Source: Scyliorhinus canicula
Taxonomy: Eukaryota
NCBI RefSeq assembly: GCF_902713615.1
Contig: NC_052172.1
Coordinates: forward strand, 496,001-560,000
Length of the DNA stretch: 64,000 nucleotides
Reading direction: 5' to 3'
The translations under genes were made by a program, and so were the position numbers. Of the stretch, positions 37,631 to 51,514 are shown in pieces. Under the pieces are notes generated by a model. The model was not told the origin of the DNA, did not search any database, and was given only the letters and a program-made list of their open reading frames with translations. Numbering within the stretch: the first letter of the stretch is position 1; the number at the start of each line of letters is the position of its first letter.

Positions 37631-38031
37631 GTATAAACTCCCATACTTCATACATCCCCCTGCTTTATACATCCCCCTGCTTTATACATCCCCCTGCTTT
37701 ATACACCCCCCCCCCCCCCCGGTTTACACATCCCCCTGCTGTATACACTCTCATGCCTCATACACCCTGCTGTTTAATACACCCCCTGCTTGATACACTC
37801 CCCTGGTTTACACATCACCCTGCTCTGTGCACTGTCATGCTTTATACATCCCCCTGATTCATAGGTCCCCCTGCTTTGTGTACACCCCTGGACCTTGTTT
37901 TAGGCCTGAATGGAGCTTATACTCTCCAAGATCTCTCTCAGTTCTAGCAGTGCTCCCAGGCCCCGTTTCCTGTCCTCCCCCAGAACTGGCAAGTCCAGTC
38001 CATCGAGGAATAGCTTCATCCACGAGTTTGC

Positions 38032-41000
38032 ACTGAGTGCTGAATTTGGTGTATTTGAGTGCTATAGTGAGTGTTTGGTGACTGAGGGAGTGCTGAATTT
38101 GGTGCATTTGAGTGCTATAGTGAGAGTTTGGTGACTGAGGGAGTGCTGAATTTGGTGCATTTGAGTGCTATAGTGAGAGTTTGGTGACTGGGGGAGTAAG
38201 GTGCTCCTTTCATTACATTTCCTCAAAGAACGAGAAGGGAGCCAGGAGTTCAGAGTGCAGCTGACTGGGAGCAGAGTCAGAGGGTGGAGTTCCAGTTGAT
38301 CCACAGGGCAGCTATATTCTGTAAGTTAAGAGGGGATGGAGGCGAGGGCAGTTGCATACTCCTCCTGTAGGATGTGGGTGGTGAGGGATACCACCGGTGT
38401 CCCCTCTGACTATACCTGCGGGAAACGCACCCAACTCCAGCTCCCCGGAGACCGTGTAAGGGAACTAGAGCTGGAGCTGGATGAACTTCGGATCATCCAG
38501 GAGGCAGAGGGGGTAATAGGGAGTTACAGGGAGGTAACCACACCCAAGGTGCAGGACAAGAGTAGCTGGGTTACAGTCAGGGGAAGGAAAACGAAACGGG
38601 CAGACAGTGCAGGGATCCCTCGTGGCCGTTCCCCTGCAAAACAAGTATACTATTTTGGATGCTGTTGGGGGGATTACCTACCGGGGAAGGCCCTAGCGGC
38701 CAGGTCTCTGACACTGAGTCTGGCTCTGGGGCTCAGAAGGGAAGTGGGGGAGAATAGAAAAGCAATAGTAATAGGAGAGTCAATGGTTAGGGGAATAGAT
38801 AGGAGATTCTGTGGTCGCGAGCGAGACTCCCGGAAGGTATGTTGCCTCCTGGGTGCCAGGGCCAGGGATGTTTCGGATCGTGTCTTCAGGATCCTGAAGG
38901 GGGAGGGTGAGCAGCCAGAAGTCATGGTGCACATTGGTACAAACGAAATAGGTATGAAAAGGGGTGTGGAGGTAATAAACAAGTTTAGGGAGTTAGGCTG
39001 GAAGTTAAAAGCCAGGACAGACAGAATTGTCATCACTGGTTTGTTGCCGGTGCCACGTGACAGCGAGGCTAGGAATAGGGAGAGAGTGCAGTTGCACACC
39101 TGGCTGCAGGAATGGTGTAGGAGGGAGGGAGGGCTTCAGGTATTTGGATAATTGGAGAGCATTCTGGGGAAGGTGGGACCTGTACAAGCAGGACGGGTTG
39201 CATCTGAACCAGAGGGGCACCAATATCCTGGGAGGGAGGTTTTCTAGTACTCTTCGGAAGTGTTTTAACTAATTTGGCAGGGGAATGGGAAACGGATTTG
39301 TAGTCCAGCAACTAAGGAAGCCGATATTCAGCTCACGAAAGCGCGTAGTGACACAGTGGGGAAGGTAACACTGACAAAGGAGAGTACTTGCAGGCACGGA
39401 GATGGGTTGAAGTGTGTTTAATTCAACGAAAGAAGCATCAGGAATAAGGTGGGTGAACTTAAGGCATGGATCGGTACTTGGGACTAGGATGTGGTGGCCA
39501 TCACGGAAACTTGGATAGAAAAGGGGCAGAAATGGTTGTTGGAGGTCCCTGGTTATAGATGTTTAAACAAGATTAGGGTAGATGGTAAAAGAGGTGGGGG
39601 GGTGGCATTGTTAATTAGAGATAGTATAACAGCTGCAGAAAAACAGTTCGAGTAGGATCTGCCTACTGAGGTAGTATGGGTTGAAGTCAGAAATAGGAAA
39701 GGAGGGCAGCACGGTGGCACAGTGGTTAGCATCGCTGCCTACGGCGCTAAGGACCTGGGTTTGAATCCTGGCACTGGGTCTGTGAGGAGTTTGCACATTC
39801 TCCCCTAGCCTGCGTGGGTTTCGCCCCACAACAACCCAAAGATGTGCAGGTTAGGTGGATTGGCCACGTTAAATTGCCCCTTAATTGGAAAAAATAATTG
39901 GGTACTCTAAATTTATGTTAAAAAAAAAGAAATAGGAAAGGAGCAGTCACCTTGTTGGGAGTTTTCTATAGCCCCCCCCCCCCCCCCCCCCCCCCCCCTC
40001 CCCAATAGCAGCAGAGATGTGGAGGAACAGATTTTGGAAAGGTGCAGAAGTCACAGGGTAGTAGTCATGGGTGACTTCAACTTCCCAAACATTGAGTGGA
40101 AACTCTTTCGATCAAATAGTTTGGATGGGGTGGTATTTGTGCAGTGTGTCCAGGAAGCTTTTCTAACACAGTATGTGGATTGTCTGACCAGAGGGGAGGC
40201 CATATTGGATTTGGTACTTGGTAATGAACCAGGGCAAGTGATAGATTTGTTAGTGGGGAAACATTTTGTAGGTTGTGACCACATTTCTGTGACTTTCACT
40301 TCAGTAATGGATAGGTGCGTGCAACAGGACAAGATTTACAATTGGGGGAAAGGTAAATACAATGCTGTAAGACAAGAATTAAAGTGCATAAGTTGGGAAC
40401 ATAGGCTGTCGGGGAAGGACACAAGTGAAATGTGAAACTTGTTCATGGATCAGGTACTACATGTCTTTGATATGTATATCCCTGTCAGGCAGGGAAGAGA
40501 TGGTCAAGTGAGGGAACCATGTTTGACAAGAGAGGTTGAATGTCTTGTTTAGAGGAAGAAAGAGATTGTGTAAGGCTGAGGAAACAAGGTTCAGACAGGG
40601 CGCTGGAGGGATACAAGATAGCCAGGAGGGAATTGAAGAAAGGGATTAGGAGAGCTAAGAGAGGGCATGAAAAATCTTTGGCGGAGAGGATCAAGGAAAA
40701 CCCCAAGGTCTTTTACACATATGTGAGAAATATGAGAATGACTAGAGCGAGGGTAGGTCTGATCAAGGACAGTAGCGGTAGATTGTCATCGTCCTCACTG
40801 TCAACAGGGGTGGTACCAGGGGATTGGAGAGTGGCGAATGTTGTGCCTCTGTTCAAAAAAGGGAATAGGGATAACACTGGGAATTACAGGCCAGTTAGTC
40901 TTACTTCGGTGGGAGGCAAAGTAATGGAAAGGGTACTGAGGGATACGATTTCTGAGCATCTGGAAAAACACTGCTTGATTAGGGATAGTCAGCACCAATT

Positions 41001-42824
41001 TATATGGGGTAGGTCTTGCCTGACAAGTCTTATTGAATTCTTTGAGGAGGTGACCAAGCATGTGGATGAAGGTAAAGCAGTGGATGTAGTGTACATTGAT
41101 TTTAGTAAGGCATTTGATAAGGTTCCCCATGGCAGGCTTATGCAGAAAGTAAGGAGTCATGGGATAGTGGGAAATATTGCCAGTTGGATAATGAACTGGC
41201 TAACCAATAGAAGTCAGAGATTTGTAGTGGATGGGAATTATTCAGCCTGGAGACCAGTTACCAGTGGTGTACCGCAGGGATCAGTTCTGGGTCCTCTGCT
41301 GTTTGTGATTTTCATTAATGACTTGGATGAGGGAGTTGAAGGGTGGGTCAGTAAATTTGCAAATGATACGAAGATTGGTGGAGTTGTGGATAGTGAGGAG
41401 GGCTGTTGTCTGCTGCAAAGAGACATAGATAGGATGCAGAGCTGGGCTGAGAAGTGGTAGATGGAGTTTAACCCTGACAAGTGTGAGGTTGTCCATTTTG
41501 GAAGGAGAAATGTGAATGTGGAATACAGGGTTAACGGTCGGGTTCTTGGCAACGCTGAGGAGCAGAGAGATCTTGGGGTCTCTGTTGAAATGAAATGAAA
41601 AATGAAAATCGCTTATTGTCACGAGTAGGCTTCAATGAAGTTACTGTGAAAAGCCCCTAGTCGCCACATACCGGCGCCTGTCCGGGGAGGCTGGTACGGG
41701 AATCAAACTGTGCTGCTGGCCTGCTTGGTGTGCTTTAAAAGCCAGCGATTTAGCCCAGTGAGCTAAACCAGCCCCTATGTTCAGAGACCTTTGAAAGTTG
41801 CCACTCAAGTGGATAGAGCTGTGAAGAAGGCCTATGGTGTGCTAGCGTTCATTGGCAGAGGAATTGAATTTAAGAGCCGTGAGGTGATGATGCAGCTGTA
41901 CAAAACCTTGGTGAGGCCACATCTGAGTACTGTGTGCAGTTCTGGTCACCTCATTTTAGGAAGGATGTGGAAGTTTTGGAAAAGGTGCAAAGGAGATTGA
42001 CCAGGATGTTGCCTGGAATGGAGAGTAGGTCTTACGAGGAAAGGTTGAGGGTGCTAGGCCTTTTCTCATTAGAACGGAGAAGGATGAGGGGCAACTTGAT
42101 AGAGGTTTATATGATGATCAGGGGAATAGATAGAGTAGACAGCCAGAGACTTTTCCCCGGGTGGAACAAACCATTACAAGGGTACATAAATTTAAGGTGG
42201 ATGGTGGAAGATATAGGGGGGATGTCAGAGGTAGGTTCTTTACCCAGAGAGTAGTGGGGGCATGGAATGTACTGCCTATGGAAGTAGTTGTGTCGGCAAC
42301 ATTAGGGACCTTCAAGCGGCTATTGGATATGTACATGGATTATGGTAGAATAATGGAGTGTAGATTAATTTATTCTTAAGGGCATCACGGTAGCATTGTG
42401 GAGAGCACAATTGCTTCACAGCTCCAGGGTCCCAGTTTCGATTTCGCCTTGGATTCCCGGCTGGGTCACTGTCTGTGTGGAGTCTGCACATCCATCCCGT
42501 GTGTGCGTGGGTTTCCTCCGGGTGCCGATCCGGTTTTCTCCCACAGTCCAAAGATGTGCCGGTTAGGTGGATTGGCCATGATAAATTGCCCTTGGTGTCC
42601 AAAATTGCCGTCAGTGTTGGGTGGGGTTACTGGGTTATGGGGATAGGGTGGAGGTGTTGACCCCGGGTAGGGTGCTCTTTCCAAGAGCTGGGGCAGACTC
42701 GATGGGCCGAGTGGCCTCCTCCTGCACTGTAAATTCTATGATAATCTATGATTAATCTAGGACAAAGGTTCGGTACAACATCGTGGGCCGCAGGGTCTGT
42801 TATGTGCAGTATTTTTCGATGTTC
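38032..42824 (+). mobile_element. CR1 LINE, duplicate of 25615-30344
   Basis: Same nested SINEs, same internal deletion, shared W-stop; three 5'UTR repeats instead of two. Confidence 0.92.
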
Positions 42825-45272
42825 CCCTGTTGGGGGATCTGAGGTGTGCAGTCCCCGGTAAAAGTCCTCAAAGGTCTTGTTAACCTTGTTTGGGTCTGTT
42901 TCTAGTGTGCCTCTGCTGTCCCAAATTTGCACAATCTTTCTGTTGGCTGCTCAGCTGGCCTTCTCTGCTGGTGTGCCAACAGGCGGCTGGCTTTGTCCCC
43001 GTCTTTGTATAGGGTTCCCCGTGCTTGGTGGAGTTGGTGCACCTCTTTACTCGTGGAGAGCAGGTCAAAGTCCATTTGTTGCTTTTCCCTCTCTGCCAAG
43101 AGCTCTATTGTTGGGGCTGACTGCTGCCTAGCCACTCTCTCCTCTCTCCCTTTGTGCTTTAAAGGCAATAGTTTCCCCTCCAATCATGGCCTTTAGCTCC
43201 TCCCAGACACGGAGGCTGAGACCTCCCCATTTTGGTTGTTTGTCGTATACTCCGCTATGGCCTGTGATACCCTCTCGCTGAAAGCCATGTTGGCCAGTAG
43301 GGCAGCGTCCAACCTCTATGTGGGGCATTGGGTACTGCCCATCTCCAACCTCACATCCATATAATGTGGAGCATGTTCTGAGATTACGATTACGGAGACT
43401 CCGCCTTGACCAGCTCTGGGAGCACCGATTTTCCAACCAGAAAGAAGTGACTCCTCAAGTATATGTTGTGGACTGGTGAGAACAAGGAGAAATCCTGCTG
43501 CCCTGGGTGGGTGAACCTCCCACCGCCCCCATCTGCCCCATGAAGCGACCGGGTTCCTTCGCCATGTTCAAGGTCTTCCCCGTTCCGGGGTTTGAGCTGT
43601 CTGTCCATGTGTCCTGTACACAGTTATAGTCCCCCCCACCCCTCCACCCGCAACCATGATCAGTCGGTGTGTCGCTATGTAGGGGATTTCTGCCTTTGTC
43701 TTGTTAATGAATTTTGCGTTCTCCAGTTGAGAGTGTTCACGTTGACAGTACTATCGGTGCGCCGTCCAACCATGACGTACCATCCCCCTGGGTCCGTTAC
43801 CGTCATCGTCACCTTAAACATAGTCCTGTTCTTTAACAGAATCACTACCCCTCAGGCCCTCGTCCCATGGCAGGAATAGTAAGTCTGTCCCACCCAGCCC
43901 TTCCTTAGCCACAGCCGGTCCTGCTCTCTCAGGTGTGTCTCTTGGAGGACGACTATGTCGGCTCTCATGTTTCTTCGGTGGGTGAAGACTCTGGATCTTT
44001 TCACTGGGCCTATAAGTCCCTTGACATTCCAGGTTTTGAGGTCCCTTTTCATATCACCTCCCCTTTCCCGTCCCCCCTCTCCCATCTCCTTTCCCTTTCC
44101 CTCCCCCTCTGTCCCCTTTCCCCGAGCTCTTTTTCCCCTATACTTCTCCGTCCCTGCTGTTTGTTCCCACTCCCACTGCCAGGCATGTTCCCGGCGTTAG
44201 CTCTCCCGTTAGTGTGGTGACCCTCCTCCCGGGAGTTACTGTCCCGCTGTCCTCCCACCCAATCTCTGTGGTTTCTCTATGTTTTTTCCACATCATGCCC
44301 GACACTTGGTCCTCCGCCTTTTGCCCTTGTCTGCACGTATAGGGGCACCATCTCCCGCCTCTTCGACAGTCAGTTGTGTTGTGGGGGGTGGAGGAGGGGT
44401 GAGGTTCTTTTCTCCCCCTCCCCTCCCCAATTGTTGGTTTGCCAAGGCGCTGCTTTTGCCTGGACCCCTCCCGCCTCTCCTGTGGTCACGGCCCCAGCCC
44501 GCAGTCTGTGACAAACGTATCTGCTTCAGTTGGGGCCTTAAAAACAATATTTTTTGCCCTGGTATGTGACCCAGGCCTGGCTGGATATAACATTCTTAAG
44601 TGTACGCCGCTTTCGTACAGCGCTGCTCTGGCCCTGTTAAATCCAGCTCTGCACATGGCCAGGTCAGCCCCAATGTCCTGATAAATTCAGAGTCTGTGTC
44701 CTTCCCTATTTCAGTTCCTCGTGTTTAAAAATAAAAAACCAATGAGGAGAAAATAAAATGGAGTTCTGCTCCGTTCGGGCTGAGAAGCCCGAAGTGCCGG
44801 GACCTGCGCAGGAGACCACCCACGATGCAGTCGTCAATCACCCCAGCCCCGGAGAGAGAGAAGGTGAACAAAACCCCGAGAAATGGAGAGAGGCCCACAA
44901 TTCAAACAAGAAGGAAAACAGAGAGAGGGACAAAAGGGACCAAGGGGAGAGAGACCCCACGAGACAGAGAGAAGTAAAGACCCACGGGAGGAGAAAAACA
45001 CCTCCAAAAAGACGGAGTTCTCCTTTGATCAGCCCGAACTGCCGGCACCAGTGGAGGAGCCGCCCACTATGCTGGCACTGTGTCTTCACTTACAATTCCT
45101 CAGTTGCTCACCCAATAGACCTTTTTTTTCTCTTCCCCTGTACTCTGGTAAGTGCCTCCTTAAGCCAAGTTCTGAACTTTCCAAAATATTTCAATTGTTG
45201 CACTTGAAGGTGTTTTTGATTGTAGTGGAGAGCCTCCACGTGTGAGCTACCCCCTCTGAACTCAGCCCCCCT
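42825..45272 (-). mobile_element. L1 remnant, segmental copy 3
   Basis: Colinear with 30345-32868. Confidence 0.78.
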
Positions 45273-47990
45273 CTGTTTAGACTCATAACTCATTTTCCCA
45301 ATTCCCCTCATTTCACACATTCACAGGTTTCCATATTCCCCTTGTTTTGCACACTCTCCTTGTTTTACACAGTCCTATGGTTTACACATTATCCTGGTTA
45401 ACCCACTCATCTGCACAATACACTCCCCTGTTCCACACACGACACCGGTTTACACATTTCCAATAGTTAACACACTCCCCATGTTTACTCACTCCTCTGT
45501 TATGCTTGGCTTTACACACTCCCCTGCTTTTACAAACTCTGCAAGTTTACACATGCAAGTTTACACATTTCAACAAAAACACACACTCATATTGTGTAAT
45601 TATCAGGTTTTCACAATCCTCTCTTAAACATTCTTATACGTCTGGTTTTACTCACACACACCTAAAATTTGAGGCTGCAATACCAGGTGTGTTGTACAAT
45701 CACTGGGTTTGCACACTGCCCGACTTACACACTTTATAGGTTTTACACAATCCCGGTTCACAGACACCCAGCTTGCACAATCACTTACTTTTTCACACTG
45801 TCCTTGTTAACACACTTGCACCCATGGCATTGCCCAATCCATTGATTGTACACACATTCCTGACTGTACAGACTCACAGTTTATGTAATTCTATTACAGG
45901 GGAGTGAGCAAAGCAGGGGAGTGAGTGAACCAGGGGAGTGAGTGAACCAGGGGAGTGAGTGAACCAGGGGATGAGCGAACCAGGGGTAGTGTGTAAAACA
46001 GCACAGTATTTAATTCCCGGATATGATAACAAATAGCCGTGTGTGTGAAGAACCAGAGTGTGTGAGCAGGGGTGTGTGTTAAACCAGGCAAATGTATAAA
46101 CCAGGGGCTGTGGAAACCAGGAGAGTGAGAAAACTAGGAATATGCTAAACCAGGAGTGTGTGCAAAATTAGATCAGTAAGTAAAGCAGTTGATTGTACAA
46201 ATCGAATTCACTTCGAAATTGGAAATGGGTGATAATGAAGTGAATCAGTGAAATGTTAGTTTGCAGAAAGTGTGAGTTTCAGTGGCTGAGTGACAGTGTA
46301 ATAACAAACAAGCTGCAGACAATGACTGCAAATTGAATATCTCATTGGGACAAACACACAGCTACAAAGGTGATTGGATGACCCCTGGGGCGCAGGGCCA
46401 CTTGCACCCCAGGGCCACACACAGACCCCCCCCCCCCCCCCCAACACTGGCTCTATCGGAGATTTCGCTCTATATTTGATGACAGTGAAATGGGGAATAT
46501 TCACATAGATTCTCAAAGTACCGGAGACTGATACATACAGGATAAATCTGGCACCGAAGTTTTGGCAAAGAATGAAAACTGCTGATGAAATGTCAAATTC
46601 ACACTCACTATCAGTGGCAACCTCGCAATGAGCTGTTGTTTGTGTATCGGACCACACCCCAACTTTTTTTTCGATACCGGACAAGAAAAAGCAAACATCT
46701 TTTTCAATTTGTAAATTAAAAATTGTACATTAACTCAATGTACAGCTCAAATGTACAGAATAAACTCGATGTACAACTCAAATATACAGAATAAACATGA
46801 AGGTGACATCACATACCTGAAAAGAGGAGGTGCAGATCATAATCCACATTCGCTTACCAAAAACACACTTGTAATAAATTTAAAACGTGACAATTACTTT
46901 TCAGAAACCAAAAGACGCAGACAATATATTCATATACTTGTGACAGAAAAGTGCACAATTATTCAATTTTGTCACATCAGAATGGATAGGAGTAGAGAAA
47001 ACTATGTCTTAATGAATCAGAAATTTAAAAAGATGGAATAGTTTACTTTAATGTTTTCAGGAACTCAAATGAGTAGATAAAACAGAATAAGATACTTAAC
47101 TATGAGAGACTGAGGTGAACATCTTAACACATAGAGCCACACTGAAAACTGTGATAGATGCACGATATAACACAATGTTCCAATTCACTGGAATATACAG
47201 AGTGAAAACAACACTCACATGGCAGCAGTGGACATTCTCAGTTAATAGCGGGACAGATATACCACATACTGACAGCTTTATGAGTATAAACATGCTTCCA
47301 TTAATCTATTTAAAGAAATAGAGATTAATATCTACCCTTTGCAGAAACATAAGGTTGCAGCACAAACCCAGAATCTATGTATCAGAAACTCTGGGAAACA
47401 GAGTACAATAGACAGTGACATATACAGTCTCGGCTCACTTATGGGAAGTTGGACCTAATACAATTGTAGTTAGAAGAACGACAATCAACTTTCTTAAAAG
47501 ATATAGGTATCAGAGAGGATGTTGCTGTGAAAATCCTACTTTCCTGCACCGTACCATCTATGACAGATCAAGAAGGGAAACAGTAATGACATACTGTACC
47601 GGAGACTGATACATACAGGATAAATCCGGCACAGAGATATTTGACAAAGAATGAAGACTGCTGATGAAATGTCAAACTCACACTCACTTTCCGTGGCATC
47701 CTCACAATGAGCTGTTGTTAGTGTATCGGATCACACCCCAACATTTGTTAGGACACCGGACGACAAACTGCAAACATTTTTTTCAACTTGTAAAACTGTG
47801 AGGAAAGGAAATTTGTCCCCAGGAGTGATGACACTGACCAATATATTAAAACAAACTTTAATTTAAACACAGAATTAATCACATGAACATTAAAGCACCA
47901 GCTTTACAATTAACAGTCAATCCTATACTCTCGCAGATTGTCAGGTAAAGAATCAATTACATATTCACAAAGAAAAAAAAACATATGATA

Positions 47991-48129
47991 GAGAGAGAGA
48001 AATACAGCACAGAACAGCCCCTTTGGCCCAAGATGTTGTGCCGAACTTTTGTCCTAGTTTTATCATGGAAGTTTGGACACCAAGGGCAATTTATCATGGC
48101 TAATCCACCCAACCTGCGCATCTTTGGAC
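47991..48129 (-). mobile_element. Truncated SINE-core plus CR1-tail composite insertion
   Basis: Absent at the paralogous site ~7078; TSD TGATA. Confidence 0.75.
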
Positions 48130-48412
48130 TGATATTGACAGTTATGTGAGAAATTTCACTCCAGTGCACCTGAGGAAACAAGAATTTGCAGTATGAGTCA
48201 CATGGTTGCATTGCTTTCAGAGACAGTCTTACAAAGAATCATATCCATATCGAGATTCCAGAAAATGACAGATCCCGACAGGAATGTAGGGGATTATGGA
48301 TTAGTGAAAAACGCACATTCTGAATCAGAGAATGGTGAATCGAAAACAAAAACCAGAACAATTCATTTGCAGCGAATAATAGATGCAGAATGACTTGGAT
48401 ACTGACATTGTG

Positions 48413-48589
48413 AAAATGAAAATCGCTTATTGTCACGAGTAGGCTTCAATGAAGTTACTGTGAAAAGCCCCTAGTCGCCACATTCCGGCGCCTGTCCGGG
48501 GAGGCTGGTACGGGAATCGAAACGTGCTGCTGGCCTGCTTGGTCTGCTTTAAAAGCCAGCGATTTAGCCTTGTGAGCTAAACCAGCCCC
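48413..48589 (-). mobile_element. Family R SINE, inserted after the duplication
   Basis: Empty site at ~7357; TSD TGTG. Confidence 0.9.
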
Positions 48590-49098
48590 TGTGGCCCAGT
48601 GGTGAACCGATACTGGATAAACAAATTTCATATACAGACCACTATTGGTTTTAGTATATATGTTGTTCGAATGTGGGCATTATCAAAAAGTAACTTCCTC
48701 ATAGCTGTGTTTAAAGTGGCTGTGGACTGCCTTCTTTCACCCTCGTAGCCTGTCTGCCGAAACTACATCGATAGAACAAGGGCACAACAAAGAACACACC
48801 AACAATAAACATGCAAACACAAAAAAACCCCACAGTTGCATCCCAGTAACTGATAGGGTAAATAAAACAAACATTCAAAAACAGATGCAGATACTGAGTT
48901 ATCACAACATCCACATTCCCTGACTGAAATATTCAGAGTAAATTCCACATTCAATTAGCAGAGTAAAGAACAGGCATCAAGTAAACCTCCATTGTGTTGC
49001 AGTAACTGACACATGCACAGAACCACCATTCTGACATTGGGAACAGAAAAGTGAAGATTAAAACGCCTTGTTACATAAAGGAAACTGACAGAGACTTA

Positions 49099-49432
49099 GA
49101 ATTTACAGTGCCGAAGGAGGCTATTCGGCCCATCGAGTCAGCACCGGCTCCTGTAAAGAACACCCTACCCAAGGTCCACACCTCCACCCTATCCCCATAA
49201 CCCAGTAACTCCACCCAACATTAAGGGCAATTTTGGACACTAAGGACAATTTAGCATGGCCAATCCCCCTAACCTGCACATCTTTGGACTGTGGGAGGAA
49301 ACCGTAGCACACAGAGGAAACCCACACACACACACGGGGAGGATGTGCAGACTCCGCACAGACAGTGACCGAAGCCGGGAATCGAACCTGAAACCCGGGA
49401 TTGTAGCTCTCCACAATGCTACCGTGCTGCCC
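49099..49432 (-). mobile_element. HE1-like SINE, inserted after the duplication
   Basis: Empty site at ~7845 (gagacttaatac); TTA duplicated. Confidence 0.9.
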
Positions 49433-50318
49433 TTAATACACATTCACTTCCCGTATTTAACAGGTACAGGAGAAAAACGACTTTCCATCCATGGCAGAAC
49501 TAACCTGTGGAGAGAAAATAGACAATGAGACAGCTGTACAGCAGAAATTACTGATTCACAAACTGGAAACTGACAGCTCAATAGTAAATGAGCAAAACAA
49601 ACTCATATGAGACTGTAATGGGTTTGCAGTGATCCCATTCACTGTCCACAAATTACAGATAAAGTGTAAGGTGTTTCCTTCTACGTTGGAAATACAGGTA
49701 AACCCAAATTCACACATAATAAATTGACAAATTAAAAGTGCAGCCAGCATTTACTACGGTACGAATATGACAAAAATAGAATAAGATAGTCACCAAATAA
49801 TGGCACGCAAAATAAAATTGACATGAAGCTAGTAGAAATGAAATACTAGATTAATATCTCCAATCACAGATTAGAAAGCCGGTTCACCCCGACACTCACA
49901 CACTGTATCAGAGTGTCAGTAAATTCCATACTCACACACTGCAACAGAGAGTGAGTAAATCTCACACTGTATCAGAGAGTGAGTAAATCCCACACTCACA
50001 CTGTATCAGAGAGTGAGTAAATCCCACACTCACACACTGTATCAGAGTGAGTAACTGACAAACTTGAACTGGAGACATTCTTTCTGAAATGCATTTGCTG
50101 TTTGTCGTAAGGAGGTTACTGATTGGTGGAAAATCCTAAATCTGATTGGTCTGTTCAGATATCCAATAAAATAAACAGAACATAACTGGCTGGTCTCATT
50201 TTCACATTGTCCAATCACAATCATTCCTTTCCCCATTCCTCATTAGCATAGATGTGAGGCTCTGTCTATTTAATCAGCGCTCGGAAGGGGTTTGCTTTAT
50301 TTCTGGGTGAAACTGAAG

Positions 50319-50705
50319 ATGGCTGACGAGAAGAAACAAACATCGAAAGCAGCTTCCAAGAAGGGAGCCAAGAAAGTCATTAAGAAACCGGCAGTAAAGG
50401 GCGGCAAGAAGCGGCGAAAGTCGAGGAAGGAGAGTTACTCCATCTACATCTACAAAGTGATGAAGCAGGTTCACCCCGACACCGGCATCTCCTCCAAGGC
50501 CATGAGCATCATGAACTCGTTCGTCAGCGATATTTTCGAGCGTATCGCGGGTGAGGCTTCCCGCCTGGCCCATTACAACAAGCGCCACACCATCAGCTCC
50601 CGGGAGATCCAGACCGCCGTGCGCCTGCTGCTGCCCGGGGAACTGGCCAAGCACGCCGTGTCGGAAGGGACAAAGGCGGTGACCAAGTACACCAGCTCCA
50701 AGTAA
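50319..50705 (+). CDS. H2B: Histone H2B copy 2, 128 aa
   Basis: Intact ORF; promoter as in copy 1; stem-loop at 50743-50758. Confidence 0.98.
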   Translation: MADEKKQTSKAASKKGAKKVIKKPAVKGGKKRRKSRKESYSIYIYKVMKQVHPDTGISSKAMSIMNSFVSDIFERIAGEASRLAHYNKRHTISSREIQTAVRLLLPGELAKHAVSEGTKAVTKYTSSK

Positions 50706-50742
50706 AACTGCACAATGGACTGAAAACCACCCCAAACACAAC

Positions 50743-50782
50743 GGCTCTTTTAAGAGCCACCCACAACTTCTGTAAAGCAGCC
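50743..50782 (+). promoter_or_regulatory. Histone 3' stem-loop and downstream element (H2B copy 2)
   Basis: GGCTCTTTTAAGAGCC-ACCCA. Confidence 0.95.
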
Positions 50783-51066
50783 AAACCATCATACATTAAA
50801 TTATCCGTTTATTTCTATTATGAATATCCAGATCCGTTTAAATAGTGTTTCACTACAACAACATCCTGTATAATGCCGAGTTATCGTCATGTCGATCTTC
50901 GTACGTTGTTTATTAAATCCCATCATTTAGTGATGCTCGGTCGCCGATTCGTACTCGGCCGCTGTTGCTGGATTTGGAGAGAGAACACAACTCCAATACC
51001 TCTCGTAGCATTTGTGTTAAGTCTCCCAAATTACTCCCTTTCCATTTATGTTCATGGTCACACTCA

Positions 51067-51127
51067 ATTCTTTAATCTGATAACCCAAAGGCTCTTTTCA
51101 GAGCCACTCACTTTATCTGAAAAAGGG
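51067..51127 (+). pseudogene. Orphan H2A 3'UTR, stem-loop and HDE (gene body deleted)
   Basis: Near-identical to 12771-12830; GGCTCTTTTCAGAGCC at 51090-51105; no H2A ORF upstream. Confidence 0.9.
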
Positions 51128-51514
51128 TGACCTGTTCTGGATCCGCTTCGTGCCGTGTTTGTGAGAATTTCCCTGAGGCTTCAGGCTGGAATGAGAGCTT
51201 TCCCGTGTTTTTGGTATTTACCGGAGGGCGGCAGTTTCTAGCGGGCTGACTTTCTGAAACTGTCCATTTTATGTGCAATGGGTTTGCGGGGTTTCAGAAT
51301 TCATTCCCGCTCTCATTACAATGTCAGTGCTCACTCTGTGCGGTTACAGTGCTGACTGCGGAGAAAGGTTTTGTGTTTCACTCTGCAGCACGTTCATATC
51401 GCCGTGAACAGAGAAATCAAAGACAGGAAACATTTCCTATTATAACGCGACACTTTGCCTTCCTCACTCGCTGGACCAGCTCGATGCGTTATTCTGCTGC
51501 CATTCTAAGGTCAG

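Noticed and set aside
48460-48510. Possible HDV-like ribozyme in the family R SINE body
   Set aside because: Only simple hairpins found (CGCC/GGCG, GCCT/AGGC); could not build the nested double pseudoknot
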